A stretch of 64,000 bases of DNA, from positions 21,845 through 85,844 of the forward strand of contig DIFD01000012.1 of the NCBI GenBank assembly GCA_002418965.1. The letters run 5' to 3'. The position numbers and the translations under genes were made by a program. Source of the stretch: Peptococcaceae bacterium UBA5757. Its GTDB lineage: Bacteria > Bacillota > Dehalobacteriia > UBA4068. Positions 28,985-38,982 of the stretch are shown one piece after another. Numbering within the stretch: position 1 is the first letter of the stretch; every line of letters begins with the position of its first letter. The notes under the pieces are model-generated. The model saw nothing but the letters and a program-made list of their open reading frames with translations, did no database searches and was not told the DNA's origin.

Positions 28985-30472
28985 ATGAAAGTTTTGCTCG
29001 TTTATCCCAAAACCCCGGTTACATACTGGGGCTTCCAGTATGCCCTGAGGTTTATATCTAAAAAGGCAGCCTTCCCACCGCTGGGATTGCTGACAGTTGC
29101 AGCGATCCTGCCACAGCATTATGAAAAAAAACTGATTGATATGAATGTAGAGTTGCTGAAGGACCAGTATCTCTTATGGGCCGATTATGTCTTTATCAGC
29201 GCTATGGTTGTGCAGAAGGATTCTGTCAGAGAGGTGATCGACCGCTGCAAGAAACTGGGTGTAAAAACGGTTGCAGGCGGACCCTTGTTTACCTTGGAAT
29301 ATGAATTATTTGACGATATCGACTACCTTGTTTTAAATGAGGGCGAAATCACGATCCCTGCTTTTTTGTCTGACCTGGAAAAGGGCAATGCCAAACATTT
29401 ATATACAACTACGAGCTGGTCGGATTTGGGTGCAACGCCTGTCCCACAATGGCATCTCATTGACGTCAAAAAGTATGCCTCCCTGAATATCCAGTATTCT
29501 CGCGGTTGCCCATTTAATTGCGATTTTTGCAACATTACGTCTCTTTACGGTAAGAAGCCGCGCACAAAAGATGCCGACCAGCTTCTGCAAGAGATGGACG
29601 CCATTTATAAAACCGGCTGGAAGGGTACTGTATTTTTTGTTGACGATAATTTTATCGGCAACAAAAGTAAATTAAAGGACGATATTCTGCCTGCCGTCAC
29701 CCAATGGATGGAAAAGCATGATCGTCCCTTCCAATTTTTAACGGAGGCATCCATCAACCTTGCCGACGATGATAATCTGATGACGATGATGGTAAAAGCC
29801 GGCTTTAATTCTGTCTTTGTCGGGATCGAAACTCCTGATGAGAACAGCCTTAGCGAATGTAAAAAAACCCAGAATATCAACCGTGACCTGATTTTCTGCA
29901 TTAAAAAGATCCAGCAATTTGGGTTGGTAGTGCAGGGTGGATTTATTGTTGGATTTGATAACGATAACCCTTCCATATTTAACCGGATGGTCAAGTTTAT
30001 ACAGGACAGCAGCATAACTACTGCAATGGTCGGCCTCTTGAATGCTCCTAAGGGAACCAATCTTTACCAGCGGCTATTAGCGGAAGGCAGAATAACAGAT
30101 GAGTTTTCCGGCGACAATACCAACTTCACCATGAACTTTACTCCCAAAATGGATAAGAGCCAGCTCGTGAAGGGCTATCAAGATATCGTTGCCACCATTT
30201 ATTCACCAAAATATTATTATGAACGTGTCCAGAACTTTTTAAAAGGGTTTGATGTGGATAAATTAGAACGGGCTAATTTAAATTTAATCAATATTTTGGC
30301 ATTCTTAAAGTCCATAGTATGGTTGGGGATACTCGGCAAAGAACGCTATTATTACTGGAAACTCCTTACCTGGTCATTATTTAAAAGTCCCAAGCTGTTC
30401 CCGGCAGCGGTTAAATTCTCGATTTATGGCTTTCATTTCAGAAAAGTTTATAAGGATGTTTCTTTGATGTGA
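28985..30472 (+). CDS. B12-binding-domain radical SAM protein (class B, DUF4070-type C-terminus)
   Basis: N-terminal cobalamin-binding Rossmann region, radical SAM core CPFNCDFC, C-terminal extension; RBS GGAGGG. Confidence 0.8.
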   Translation: MKVLLVYPKTPVTYWGFQYALRFISKKAAFPPLGLLTVAAILPQHYEKKLIDMNVELLKDQYLLWADYVFISAMVVQKDSVREVIDRCKKLGVKTVAGGPLFTLEYELFDDIDYLVLNEGEITIPAFLSDLEKGNAKHLYTTTSWSDLGATPVPQWHLIDVKKYASLNIQYSRGCPFNCDFCNITSLYGKKPRTKDADQLLQEMDAIYKTGWKGTVFFVDDNFIGNKSKLKDDILPAVTQWMEKHDRPFQFLTEASINLADDDNLMTMMVKAGFNSVFVGIETPDENSLSECKKTQNINRDLIFCIKKIQQFGLVVQGGFIVGFDNDNPSIFNRMVKFIQDSSITTAMVGLLNAPKGTNLYQRLLAEGRITDEFSGDNTNFTMNFTPKMDKSQLVKGYQDIVATIYSPKYYYERVQNFLKGFDVDKLERANLNLINILAFLKSIVWLGILGKERYYYWKLLTWSLFKSPKLFPAAVKFSIYGFHFRKVYKDVSLM

Positions 30473-30623
30473 TCGGTACGGATAAGTCTACACTTTTCGT
30501 TTATTCTTGTATTCCGATCTTAGCAATACCGGATAATTTCTTAAAGTTGTATTGATGAATAAACAAAAACCCCTGTTAATGTGCCAGACCCCGAAAAATG
30601 GACATTGAGAAAATACCCCCTGT

Positions 30624-30741
30624 TGGAAGTGGTATAATAATCTGGACACCAAGTTAAGAGCAAATGAAAAGGTGGTCAGATTATAATGAAAAGAGCAATC
30701 TACGACAAGCAGTTCAAGATGGCCGCAGTAAAACACGCCCA
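30624..30741 (+). mobile_element. solo left-end fragment (IRL plus the first 22 codons of orfA) of the IS3-family element
   Basis: 118 bp near-identical to the left end of the 16704-17953 copy, including the IR TGGAAGTGGTATAATAATCTGGACACC and an intact orfA ATG. Confidence 0.75.
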
Positions 30742-30847
30742 TTATTAGGGGTGTACATTATAGCAGTTGAGAACAGATTAGCCTACCGTTGAATACTTAA
30801 AGCCCATCTGCGAGAATAAACTTTCGCTTCATGGATTCTTACCAAGA

Positions 30848-31519
30848 TTACAACTGTCCGGGCAACAGGCCTGGTTCACGCCCTTTGACCTGATCACCCT
30901 TATAATCAATGATACCGCCTGCGTCAAGGATTACCTTATAACCCAGCTCCTCCAGCATTTTGCCTGCCTGAGCTGAGCGATTTCCGCTCCTACAATATAC
31001 AATGATAACGTCCGTCTTTTCAGGCACAGCGATTAGAATTGCAGTTGCAATTTGATCCACGGATATGTTTTGTGCCCCACTTATATGCCCGCCCTCATAT
31101 TCTTCAGCCGTTCTGACATCAATGAGATGTGCGTTCTGAGGCAAATGCTGCAGAATAGCTTCGCCAGTATCGAAAGATATTACGGTATGACCAGCTAAGG
31201 ATCGGATCTCTTCTATCTTTTTAGCCCTGCCCTGTGGGGGCCAGGATTCGGCCAAAGCAGAGTCTATTTCATAACTATAGAGGCTTCCTACAGAAGGTAC
31301 GGCTATCCCTTCCGGAAAGTTTAGCGAGATCAGCTGCCCTTCAGGCAGTTGCTGCCCTGTCGATTCGGTAATCAGGATGCTATTCTCATGTAATAGAATC
31401 CCTTGGAATTGAAATGCCTCGCCCTCGCCGCCCGTGTTAGTCATTCCACCTGAGCAGCCTGAAACAAGTATCCCTAAGCTGACTATAGCAGCCATAATAT
31501 ATCCTAATCTAGCATGCAT
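30848..31519 (-). CDS. lipoprotein with a C-terminal rhodanese (sulfurtransferase) domain
   Basis: Lipobox LVSGCSGG; rhodanese motif ..DVRTAEEYEGGHISGAQNIS..YCRSGNRS; AAAGGAG RBS. Confidence 0.7.
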   Translation of the reverse strand: MHARLGYIMAAIVSLGILVSGCSGGMTNTGGEGEAFQFQGILLHENSILITESTGQQLPEGQLISLNFPEGIAVPSVGSLYSYEIDSALAESWPPQGRAKKIEEIRSLAGHTVISFDTGEAILQHLPQNAHLIDVRTAEEYEGGHISGAQNISVDQIATAILIAVPEKTDVIIVYCRSGNRSAQAGKMLEELGYKVILDAGGIIDYKGDQVKGREPGLLPGQL

Positions 31520-31780
31520 TTCTGTACTCCTTTCAGTTGAGATGTTAACACCCTGTCAGTTGAAGACGATTTCATAAAAGAGATTTCAAAATGGTCGAAG
31601 AAAACCAGCGGCTTCCCGTTTTAAGAATTGGTTGCGGGGGCTTCTTTATCAGGTATCGCTTCTGTCATAATCATACAATATAGCTTAGGGTGATGTCAAA
31701 GAAACATCCCTCGTCGTATTCGACAAACCGCTAGGCGGATTCCGGGTTATGTGGGAAGATAGTTGCCTATTGCCATCTCT

Positions 31781-31830
31781 GGTAATCTAAGGTAATCTCA
31801 GGTAATCTCAGGTAATCTCAGGTAGTCTAT
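31781..31830. repeat. five tandem 10 bp units GGTAATCT(C/A)A
   Basis: ggtaatctaa ggtaatctca x3 ggtagtctat; lies ~260 nt upstream of the rhodanese lipoprotein gene. Confidence 0.8.
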
Positions 31831-32080
31831 AGTTATTTAGGCTAGCACTTGTGACCATTTGTCGTTATTTATTCCTCTCTTTTTTATAATAAAACAGTAC
31901 CTATTTCTTCGTAAATATTTAAATATACTGTTACACTTTTTCTCGCTGTTTATGAGCTTCTCATAGATATTAATTATTGAAATAAAAGTTGGAACGAAAT
32001 ACCTTTTTGATATTTCACGCCAACTTTTATTAGAATTCGTCATTAGAAACCATGTGGTGATAGGTCAATTAAATCGTTTA

Positions 32081-32221
32081 TTATCTTCTACCTTTAATTA
32101 ACTGGAATATAATCACAACCAGGGCTATTACCAAAAGAACGTGAATTAACGCACCACCGGTAGCAGTAAAAAGACCGAGAAGCCATAATATTAGGAGTAT
32201 AACCACAACTGTCCATAACAT
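32081..32221 (-). CDS. lmo0937-family small membrane protein, 46 aa (MLWTVVVILLILWLLGLFTATGGALIHVLLVIALVVIIFQLIKGRR); absent from the ORF track
   Basis: Matches the family pattern MLWTI..LWLLG..GG.LIH.LLV.A....I..L..GRR; GGAGGG RBS 6 nt upstream. Confidence 0.6.
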   Translation of the reverse strand: MLWTVVVILLILWLLGLFTATGGALIHVLLVIALVVIIFQLIKGRR

Positions 32222-32468
32222 ACTAATCCCTCCACTTTTATATTATAATAGTTAATAAATGCTGCTTTCTGAACAAGAATCCAATTGTTTTATTTCAAGC
32301 AAAGACCTCCATTTTGGCTGAACAATGGGTTTACGGAACCGGTTCCACAAACAAAACCGTAAGCAAGCGATCACTCTTATTTTAAAGACTATAACCCTCG
32401 GAAATAGACCATAACCAAGGAACGTACGCTCATGATAGCTTTTTTTATTTATAACTCATATCATTTAT

Positions 32469-33827
32469 TCATACCATTTTCTGCTTCCCAAATCCACAGC
32501 TCTGATTCGCTCTCTTGTAGTTCCAATAATAGGTTTTTGCAACGGGAAAACTATTTTCAGAGGCTGCCACACGATTTATAAACGGTTGATATATAAAGTG
32601 TTCCATGATTTTTGCCCAAATTCGTTGTGTCTCAAGAAATTCAAGATAATGTTTCTCGACATTTTTATGGTACTTCTCCAATTCACTTAAAATATTAGTA
32701 AAATCCGGATACTCAAAATAGGCGCAAAGTTTTGGCAATGTCTTTTTAAGCTGTTGGCGCATATCTTTTATATTTTTCTCATAATGCTCCGGTTGTGTGA
32801 TATAGAGCAACAATGGTTTATAACGAATCCACCCCACACAGGCCTGGTAAAAGCGAGTAATAACCTTTTCGCTATCAGCTTTGATACACTTCAAGTGGAC
32901 AGGAAGAACACCTTCTAATAGATGATTATAGGTAGAAAATCCATCATGGAATGTATAGCATGGCACATGTAAAACCTTACGTTCACTTAAACAGGTACTT
33001 AATATGGTGTCTTCCCCTCTGGCTCCTGGTGGATTGTAAAATGGAAAAATACGGCGAGGATCGTTAAGATTTATACCCAGATTAGCGCCAGAGATGAATT
33101 TGGCATGATTCACTTCCTGCACCTCTGCAGCATCATTGCTGGTTAGGATATTTGTATCCGCATAGGTCACCCCGCCATCTTTCATTACGGACTGCAAGGT
33201 ATCCCAGTCAATGATGTCATTGCTGATCGCTTGGATAAAAGAACGAAAATCTTCTTCAGTCATCATTTCATTAAATTCAAGATACGGGATAGGCGATATA
33301 TAACCACAATGATAGCCATGGGTGATATCTGCTTGTCCAATATATTCAAGATGCTTTAACAGAACCTGCTGCCCTCCCCAAATTGCAGTTTTGCGTGTAT
33401 AGGTCACAGCCAGCGGGTATTCATCATCATCCATAAAAATCAAATAATCCATATTATGCTTAATAGCATTATATAACACAGCATTACGGTTGGCCGCATA
33501 TCCCCCACCAAATATCATACGTGCTTCATTAATATTGACGACTTTTTCTCGGACTAAATAGTCAGTGTCTTCTTGTATAGCGTTGCTCCCAATAAAATGA
33601 CTGCTATCAATCTGCGCGGATAATTCCGGGTGTACATTGGTGTAATCTGTTATTTTTGTTTTATGATAATTAAGATCATACTTAACAAATAGATTTAAAC
33701 TTATTTTACTATTATCCACCAAACCTGATTCTTTCAAGGTAGATATGTTGGTTCTCAAGACCTTTTGAAAACTTTTTCTCCCCGTTGCAAAACCGATTCC
33801 AACATCAATCTTTCTGTTTTTCTGCAT
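32469..33827 (-). CDS. hypothetical 452 aa cytoplasmic protein (possible nucleotide-sugar transferase-like fold; DDDE motif)
   Basis: Long ORF; FMDDDEYP and GARGED motifs; no confident family. Confidence 0.45.
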   Translation of the reverse strand: MQKNRKIDVGIGFATGRKSFQKVLRTNISTLKESGLVDNSKISLNLFVKYDLNYHKTKITDYTNVHPELSAQIDSSHFIGSNAIQEDTDYLVREKVVNINEARMIFGGGYAANRNAVLYNAIKHNMDYLIFMDDDEYPLAVTYTRKTAIWGGQQVLLKHLEYIGQADITHGYHCGYISPIPYLEFNEMMTEEDFRSFIQAISNDIIDWDTLQSVMKDGGVTYADTNILTSNDAAEVQEVNHAKFISGANLGINLNDPRRIFPFYNPPGARGEDTILSTCLSERKVLHVPCYTFHDGFSTYNHLLEGVLPVHLKCIKADSEKVITRFYQACVGWIRYKPLLLYITQPEHYEKNIKDMRQQLKKTLPKLCAYFEYPDFTNILSELEKYHKNVEKHYLEFLETQRIWAKIMEHFIYQPFINRVAASENSFPVAKTYYWNYKRANQSCGFGKQKMV

Positions 33828-34114
33828 CCAATTATCCCTCCCTTTGTGATCAATAATATGGAGACGGGCATTTAGCGCCCAGTCGACAAATTATTGAATA
33901 GATAAGCAACTGAAAACATTGTTTATCTCACTGCTTCTTAAAAATAAAGCGCTTCTACAAAGTCCAACCTTTTGCAATACTCAAACCAATGCAACTTATA
34001 CTGCATCCGATTCATTGTTTTTTATAAGAAATCTTTGAGCTAGAATCTCTGCCTTTTACCTAAAGCTTAATCGTTCTTTGTCATCTTTTCTGGATCAAGG
34101 TTGTCCATTACATT

Positions 34115-34570
34115 CTACTTTCTGGAAGAAAAAGTGCGATATATGAGTAGCAAGACTTCTTCAAGGATATGAAAATAATCAATAAAACCAGAGGTGCCTT
34201 GCTTGAAAGCCACAATAGTTTCATTAATTTCCAAACCCATCGTTTCAATCGCAACACCAGCTAATTCAACGCTTCCTTTCGCTGTACTGGTAATACACTC
34301 CACTTCTTGTATAATCATCGGAACCGAGACTTTGAGCTTATCCGTAGTCTCCCTGACATTAACGCTTATATGTTCCACGTTCTCAAAAATCCCCGGCATC
34401 GTTCTGATCGTTTTATTAATATTTTCCTTATTCGTTTCTAGCAAAGTCCTCCAGACGCCTACTCCCTTTTTGATATGCCAAAGAACATTGAATAGCAATA
34501 TTCCAACTGCGATTGCGAATACACAAACCAGAAAAATCATTAGATCTTGTAACGTAAATTGAATGATCAT
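34115..34570 (-). CDS. DUF948 (YtxG-like) general stress protein
   Basis: N-terminal TM helix plus DUF948 architecture; start codon overlaps the stop of the upstream YtxH-like gene. Confidence 0.65.
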   Translation of the reverse strand: MIIQFTLQDLMIFLVCVFAIAVGILLFNVLWHIKKGVGVWRTLLETNKENINKTIRTMPGIFENVEHISVNVRETTDKLKVSVPMIIQEVECITSTAKGSVELAGVAIETMGLEINETIVAFKQGTSGFIDYFHILEEVLLLIYRTFSSRK

Positions 34571-34962
34571 TCTTTATGATTCCTAGAAATATTTTCTGCA
34601 GCTTTATGTATGCCCTGTTTGATTTCATGGGAACCGTCCTTAATGTCCTTCTTTACAACTTCCGTTTTTTCATGAACATCTTTGATGACATTGCCTATTT
34701 CCTGCTCAGCATGAGTCGCGGAATCCTTTACTGCCTCTGCCTTCTCCCGAACTGTGCTCTTGATATTTTGTATCGTTTTTACCGCTTTTATCTTCAAGTC
34801 TTCTCTCGTTTCCTTTCCCGACTTGGGGGCTAAAAGAATTCCTGTTGCTACACCCGCAACAGCTACGACACTCATTCCCACAACAACCTTCCGTACTACT
34901 TTAACTCTCTCTTGCTTCCTTTTTTCCTTACCTGCCGATTCTATTAAATCTTTTATCATCAT
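34567..34962 (-). CDS. YtxH-domain protein
   Basis: N-terminal TM helix followed by a charged coiled coil, typical of YtxH; paired with DUF948 as in Bacillus ytxGH. Confidence 0.65.
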   Translation of the reverse strand: MMIKDLIESAGKEKRKQERVKVVRKVVVGMSVVAVAGVATGILLAPKSGKETREDLKIKAVKTIQNIKSTVREKAEAVKDSATHAEQEIGNVIKDVHEKTEVVKKDIKDGSHEIKQGIHKAAENISRNHKE

Positions 34963-35037
34963 GATAATAACCTCCTCATTTTTTAGTTATAAACAAACAT
35001 TGTTACGGTGTGCCCTATCAAAACTTCAATTTGATTG

Positions 35038-35112
35038 CTAAATTATTTTCAGAAACCAAAGGACTAAAAGAACAACCACTATTACGCCTACAATACCCAA
35101 ACCTCTACCCAT
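35038..35112 (-). CDS. 24 aa hydrophobic peptide (MGRGLGIVGVIVVVLLVLWFLKII); absent from the ORF track
   Basis: AAAGGAGAGG RBS 5 nt upstream of the ATG; sits at the head of the ytxH/DUF948 operon. Confidence 0.3.
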   Translation of the reverse strand: MGRGLGIVGVIVVVLLVLWFLKII

Positions 35113-35515
35113 ACAAACCTCTCCTTTCTAAATGCAAAGATTATTCATAAATCATCACTATTTCAAGTTGCCCGTTAATCATACATACGTAATTATAATC
35201 CTACTGCCGAATAGAACTGCTAGTTGTACTAAATAGACCTCACAGCAATACTTTTTGATGTTTTACGGATAAACCCCAATTAATTTTTTTAAAGGAAAAC
35301 CGCAAGAAGTTAACGATCCTCCTATAGCCGTGAATGAAACCCATAATCCAAAAAATTATCAATACAATCATGATTATCCATTACATATTAACCACCCTTC
35401 CTTTATTATGGCCATTAATAAGTTCCACCTTGCAAAATATAATTATGGTAAATACTGCTTACTTGTCATCTACATTATCTTTTTTTATCTATAATGTCAT
35501 TTTTCTTTACATCAA

Positions 35516-36172
35516 TCATAGGGTTAATTTACTTTGTATTAAATCTGCAGAGACAATATAGCGATCCGGGAAATAACCCGGAGTATTAAAGGGATAGCAA
35601 GTTGTTAGCGTCAGAACGGCATGATCGGTAGGCACAATCACTGTTTTATCATCTGCATGAACGATCCGTGTGCCACTTACCTCATAGATAAATGTACCGG
35701 CCGATGTTTGCACAATCAGTTGATCGCCTATCTTTAGATCGCCTATTTGTCTGAAGACTGTCTCGCGATGTCCGGAAAAGACACAATTGTCTTCTTCTCC
35801 AGGCAGTACGCTTTGAGCAAAGTGCCCTACACCTTTCTTTAACTCATTGGCTCCGGTTCCCTGAATGATGGGCAGTTCTAACTGTAAAGCCGGAATCGTT
35901 AGGCTTCCAATATTGTCACCCTCCTCAGGATATACGGAGTAAAGCGGTTTATCCGGTACGGTTAAGACAAGGGGGATTTCCGATATGCCTTCTACAGTAT
36001 GCTCCGTTGAGAATATTCTGTCAGAATCGAGGTTGGCATTGATAGAATAATCAGGTTGCGCCCAGATACTAAAAATTGCCCAAGAAGCACATCCTATCCC
36101 CAAGACCATGAATCCCAGGGATAGGATAGTGACCAGGGAAAACTTGTCCGCTGATAATTCTAATTTATTCAT
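35516..36172 (-). CDS. sortase (class D/E-like)
   Basis: N-terminal TM anchor plus the catalytic TLxTC motif (LTLTTCYPF) and conserved His/Arg. Confidence 0.75.
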   Translation of the reverse strand: MNKLELSADKFSLVTILSLGFMVLGIGCASWAIFSIWAQPDYSINANLDSDRIFSTEHTVEGISEIPLVLTVPDKPLYSVYPEEGDNIGSLTIPALQLELPIIQGTGANELKKGVGHFAQSVLPGEEDNCVFSGHRETVFRQIGDLKIGDQLIVQTSAGTFIYEVSGTRIVHADDKTVIVPTDHAVLTLTTCYPFNTPGYFPDRYIVSADLIQSKLTL

Positions 36173-37779
36173 TACTGTTTCCTACTTCTCCAGCCCACAA
36201 CTCCAAGCAGCATTAACACAGCGCTAAGAAGGAAGAACTCATATAAAGGGGTGGATGTCGGCGGAAGCTGCCCGCCTGTAACAGTCTCTGTGACCACCAC
36301 AGATGGGGGTACAATAACTGTGACATATGTAAGATCCACAGCCGTCATGCCATTTGCACTGCCTTTGGCCGTTGCGGTGTTCGTCGTGGTTTCAGTGAGA
36401 GTCGCCTTACCAGTGTATATCCATGTTTCACTGGTTTGGAGCAGGTTGTCCGCATTGACGTCACCGGAAACATAATACACAGGGCTGACTTTATTATCAA
36501 TGACACTCACATCACTTAATGTGACCTTACCGGGGTTGGTTACTTTATAGGTGTATGTAACCGAGCCCCCACCCGAAGCCAAAGCCAACGGGTCTGGTGT
36601 TTTTATTACGTTTATGAGCGGTGGGTAGACGACAACAGCAGGAGTCACAACAACTGTAGCGTATGCGATATCGGTAGCTGTCAAACCATTTGCGCTACCT
36701 TCGGCCGTAGCTGTGTTCGTCGTGGTTTCAATAAGAGTCATCTTGCCGGTATAGATCCATGTTTCACTGGTTTGGAGCAGGTTGTCATCGTTGACATCAC
36801 CGGAAACATAGTTAACAGTACTGATCTTGTCATCGCTGACACTCACATCACTTAAGGTGACTTGACCGGGGTTGGTTACTTTATAAGTGTACGTAACTAA
36901 GCCCTCACCCAAAGTCAAAGCCAACGGGTCTGGTGTTTTTATTACGTTGATGAGTGGCGGATAGATCCGGGATGAACTCCCTCCCCCACTACTGCTTGTT
37001 ATGGTCTTACAAAACCCATTGGTGATGGTATTGGTGTCTAGCGTGACTGCGCCATTTCGCGCTAAAAGCTGTCCTTCTACCGTCGCACCTGTCTTAGCTG
37101 TGATGGATTGCATAGCGAAAATGTGTCCTACAAAATTAGAGTATGTCCCTAAGGTAGCAGAGCTTCCAACCTGCCAAAAAACTCGGCAGAATCGAGCACT
37201 GTTGATGAGGACAACGTCACTGTTGCTAACTCCGACAGTAATGGCATCTGCTGTAATAAGCGTGGAGTCGCCGGTCTGAAATACGAAGACCGCATTGGGG
37301 TCCCCCTCGGCGTCTAACGTGAGCGTGCCGGTTATCTCGAAGCCGGAAGCCGAAAAGTAAGTGCCGGGAGTCAAGGTTTGCCCACCAAGCTCAGCAGCAA
37401 TGGTAGTGGCAGGCGTTCTTCCGGCGGCATCGTCATAAGCGGTTACCAAATCGTCCTTAGCCATACTTGCGACACCGGCGAGGTCAGACAAATAAACCGT
37501 CCACCCCGTCATTGTTACCTCATCTGCCCCCGGCCCCTGTCCGGTGAATGCCGTGCCTGGATACAGACCGACATTTCCACCACCTTCAGGCGTATTTCCG
37601 TCAATCGTGGTAGATCCGGTGTTCGTGATTGTCGTACCAGCCAAAACCGCAAAGATAGAGGTTGTTCCAAGGTCAACTGTCTCTTGGGCTGCTATACTCA
37701 TAGTAGGCACTGCAATCACACCGGCCATTAAAACTATTAATGGTAATAACATAAATCGATTCTTCTTAAATGTTTTCAT
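36172..37779 (-). CDS. sortase-anchored surface protein: ice-binding-like (DUF3494) domain plus two DUF11-type repeat domains
   Basis: Signal peptide; TTSIFAVLAGTTITNTGSTTIDGN (DUF3494); two ~110 aa repeats PPLINVIKTPDPLAL..TYTYKVTNPG; C-terminal LPPTS plus hydrophobic segment plus RSRKQ sorting signal. Confidence 0.7.
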   Translation of the reverse strand: MKTFKKNRFMLLPLIVLMAGVIAVPTMSIAAQETVDLGTTSIFAVLAGTTITNTGSTTIDGNTPEGGGNVGLYPGTAFTGQGPGADEVTMTGWTVYLSDLAGVASMAKDDLVTAYDDAAGRTPATTIAAELGGQTLTPGTYFSASGFEITGTLTLDAEGDPNAVFVFQTGDSTLITADAITVGVSNSDVVLINSARFCRVFWQVGSSATLGTYSNFVGHIFAMQSITAKTGATVEGQLLARNGAVTLDTNTITNGFCKTITSSSGGGSSSRIYPPLINVIKTPDPLALTLGEGLVTYTYKVTNPGQVTLSDVSVSDDKISTVNYVSGDVNDDNLLQTSETWIYTGKMTLIETTTNTATAEGSANGLTATDIAYATVVVTPAVVVYPPLINVIKTPDPLALASGGGSVTYTYKVTNPGKVTLSDVSVIDNKVSPVYYVSGDVNADNLLQTSETWIYTGKATLTETTTNTATAKGSANGMTAVDLTYVTVIVPPSVVVTETVTGGQLPPTSTPLYEFFLLSAVLMLLGVVGWRSRKQ

Positions 37780-38049
37780 AAACTATTCAGTCCTTTCTAT
37801 CGTCTGTTTTCCCGATTCTCAACTTTTTATGTTCTCACACCTTGATAGTTTCTACAGTTGTTACGCCTTTTTCTTAAAAATCTTCCCGTTTTTATTCCTC
37901 ATTCTAGATCAAAATAACATTTCGGTTGCTACACCTACAATCACTACAATGCTCATCCAAGGATTCTTTTGCTTCTACTCATCACAAAATCTACAGGAAA
38001 GATTTGATAACCCACATCAAATGGGCCAAAGTTAAAAGAGTCATCTGCC

Positions 38050-38190
38050 TTTAATTATCCTTATCAAAACCACAATAATAGCAACCACGATTAGAATATG
38101 TATAAATCCGCCCATGGTGACCGAAGTAACAATCCCAAGCAACCATAAAATGATCAAAATTATCGCAATCGTCCACAACATCTTTCATCA
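38050..38190 (-). CDS. second lmo0937-family small membrane protein, 46 aa (MLWTIAIILIILWLLGIVTSVTMGGFIHILIVVAIIVVLIRIIKGR); absent from the ORF track
   Basis: Same family pattern as 32081-32221. Confidence 0.6.
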
Positions 38191-38339
38191 TCCTAACTTT
38201 TTTGATTTAAACAATTCCATTCAAAATCTATTTTTCAGCAATATCGCAGGCATTCTTTCTTTAATGCTTTATCAAGCGATTTACCCCGGTTGCCGACATC
38301 TGTAAAATAAGTTCTTCGTGGGTTGACGACCGTATTTCA

Positions 38340-38897
38340 TCACTTTGGTGTCTTTAGTTTTGGGAAAACACCCTCGACCACATGACGGGCATCTTCCACG
38401 GAATAAAATGCGCTGGAATGGGATTCCTTAATAATCCTTTCGACCTTTCCCAGATCTTTGCGTCTGACAACCGTAAATATCATCTTAACTTTTCCGTGAA
38501 CCCCCTCGGCATCCACTACAGTGACCCCAAAGCCGTCTGCGGCTAATTTATTCTTTAATCCTTCGTCACTTTCTGTAAGGATGATCCGAACCACCAGATT
38601 ACCAATTGCCATTTTTTCTTCTATCAGAATACCAACATAGTTGCCTGCCGCAAATCCTGCGGCATAGGCTAGATAAGCTGCAATATTGCTTACGTTTGTC
38701 ATAATTTGACTAATCGCGATCAACCATATGGATACCTCGATGAACCCCAACAGAGTTGATAAAAGCCGCTTCCCTCTGGCAACAAAAATGATGCGCAATG
38801 TCCCAAAGCTTACATATGTCAGTCCTCCAATAAATATAAGGATTGGCAGGATTACCCAAACAATAATATCGTGACTAAATAACGCACTTAAGCTCAT
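38340..38897 (-). CDS. UPF0316/DUF2179 membrane protein
   Basis: Three N-terminal TM helices plus a C-terminal DUF2179-like domain. Confidence 0.55.
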   Translation of the reverse strand: MSLSALFSHDIIVWVILPILIFIGGLTYVSFGTLRIIFVARGKRLLSTLLGFIEVSIWLIAISQIMTNVSNIAAYLAYAAGFAAGNYVGILIEEKMAIGNLVVRIILTESDEGLKNKLAADGFGVTVVDAEGVHGKVKMIFTVVRRKDLGKVERIIKESHSSAFYSVEDARHVVEGVFPKLKTPK

Positions 38898-38982
38898 TTA
38901 ATCTCCTTTAACCCCGATCCGGGAATTTTTTGGTGATACCGCCAAAATCGAGGTTTGACTTCTATCGTTTATTAACTTGTGA

